Under the pieces are notes generated by a model. It did no database searches. It was not told the DNA's origin and was given only the letters and a program-made list of their open reading frames with translations. The position numbers and the translations under genes are program-made. This document shows, one piece after another, positions 44,674 to 44,713 of a DNA stretch of 44,713 bases. This stretch comes from a virus. Its lineage: Duplodnaviria; Caudoviricetes. Positions within the stretch are counted from its first letter, which is position 1. Every line of letters begins with the position of its first letter. The stretch spans positions 1-44,713 of the IMG/VR virus record IMGVR_UViG_3300032305_001986; one strand, written 5' to 3'.

Positions 44674-44713
44674 GGGTCCTTCCTGTTGAGAACAGAGCGG
44701 TTGGTTCCGACCC
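44674..44713 (+). other. candidate cos end (cosQ-like GGGTCCT plus start of cosN)
   Basis: GGGTCCT at 44674-44680 matches lambda cosQ. A GC-rich, partly symmetric GCGGTTGGTTCCGACCC follows about 17 bp later and ends the window. Confidence 0.55.

Noticed and set aside
1-44713. tRNA, rRNA, photosynthesis auxiliary genes, capsid/portal/terminase genes
   Set aside because: None recognised by eye. Head genes probably lie upstream of the window, and a tRNAscan/Infernal run would be needed to exclude small RNAs formally.

Overview
The window covers most of the genome of a temperate, lambda-like siphovirus, most likely infecting a picocyanobacterium (Synechococcus/Cyanobium type). The host is inferred from a cyanobacterial-type group 2 sigma factor, a XisF-like serine recombinase and the tail gene types. 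Order: tail module (1-17.2 kb: tube, G/G-T chaperones with a -1 frameshift, tape measure, tip proteins, 1604-aa fibre); lysis, HNH and metallophosphoesterase (17.3-20.7 kb); phage sigma factor; small early genes; a serine integrase with an apparently intact attP; a leftward early operon (adenine MTase, pentapeptide repeat protein, SSB, recombination genes); a cassette flanked by 95-bp direct repeats; replication genes (SF2 helicase, RHH protein, Dda-like helicase, Prim-Pol/VapE) followed by an iteron-like origin; and a probable cos end at the right edge. Head and terminase genes are not in the window. The most notable unannotated signal is a cis-regulatory programme read directly from the DNA. 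It comprises (i) a YAGMCTGA motif 26-48 nt upstream of eight rightward late genes, (ii) a 17-bp GGTGC...CC box exactly 7 nt before a TAnnnT box at four promoters, (iii) two identical 95-bp promoter/leader units bracketing a small-gene cassette, and (iv) a 20-bp intergenic hairpin element present twice. All product calls rest on motif and synteny recognition; no database searches were run.
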